DNA from: Neocallimastix sp. 'constans'
Lineage: Eukaryota
Direction of reading: 5' to 3'
Assembly (NCBI GenBank): GCA_050613775.1
Contig: JBODTK010000001.1
Span: 1,674,001 to 1,738,000 of the forward strand
DNA length: 64,000 nt
Of the stretch, positions 63,951-64,000 are shown piece after piece (the stretch's first letter is position 1; every line of letters begins with the position of its first letter). The position numbers and the translations under genes are program-made. The notes under the pieces are model-generated. The model was not told the DNA's origin and made no database searches. It worked only from the letters and a program-made list of their open reading frames with translations.

Positions 63951-64000
63951 GATGAAATCAGTATTTTAATATAAAACTATAGAATCCAAATTAATTGATA

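Overview
Extremely AT-rich eukaryotic DNA with GT..AG introns and fungal-type dockerins, most consistent with an anaerobic gut fungus (Neocallimastigomycota). Positions ~3.6-32.5 kb are a dense array, all on the + strand, of at least four families of poly(A)-tailed non-LTR retrotransposons, labelled here A, B, C and D. It includes two intact single-ORF copies (A 3693-9089, B 17581-22703) with APE endonuclease, RT and a CCHC finger. From target-site duplications (TSDs) I could reconstruct A inserted into A, C into D, and D into another LINE fragment. The array also contains a recombinant tandem duplication, a snap-back 5' junction, and a ~12.8 kb multi-family head-to-tail block bounded by one 11-bp direct repeat. 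The strongest unexplained signal is a ~300-350 nt RNA secondary structure with compensatory changes, overlapping the ORF 3' end in all four families, plus structured 5' leaders in A and B. Host genes: a membrane-anchored DPBB (loosenin/expansin-like) protein, a GH74 with three dockerins, a tetraspanin with a large Gly/Thr insert, and a decayed ricin-B/CBM18 gene. All pairings, splice sites and alignments were made by eye; no searches or folding programs were run.
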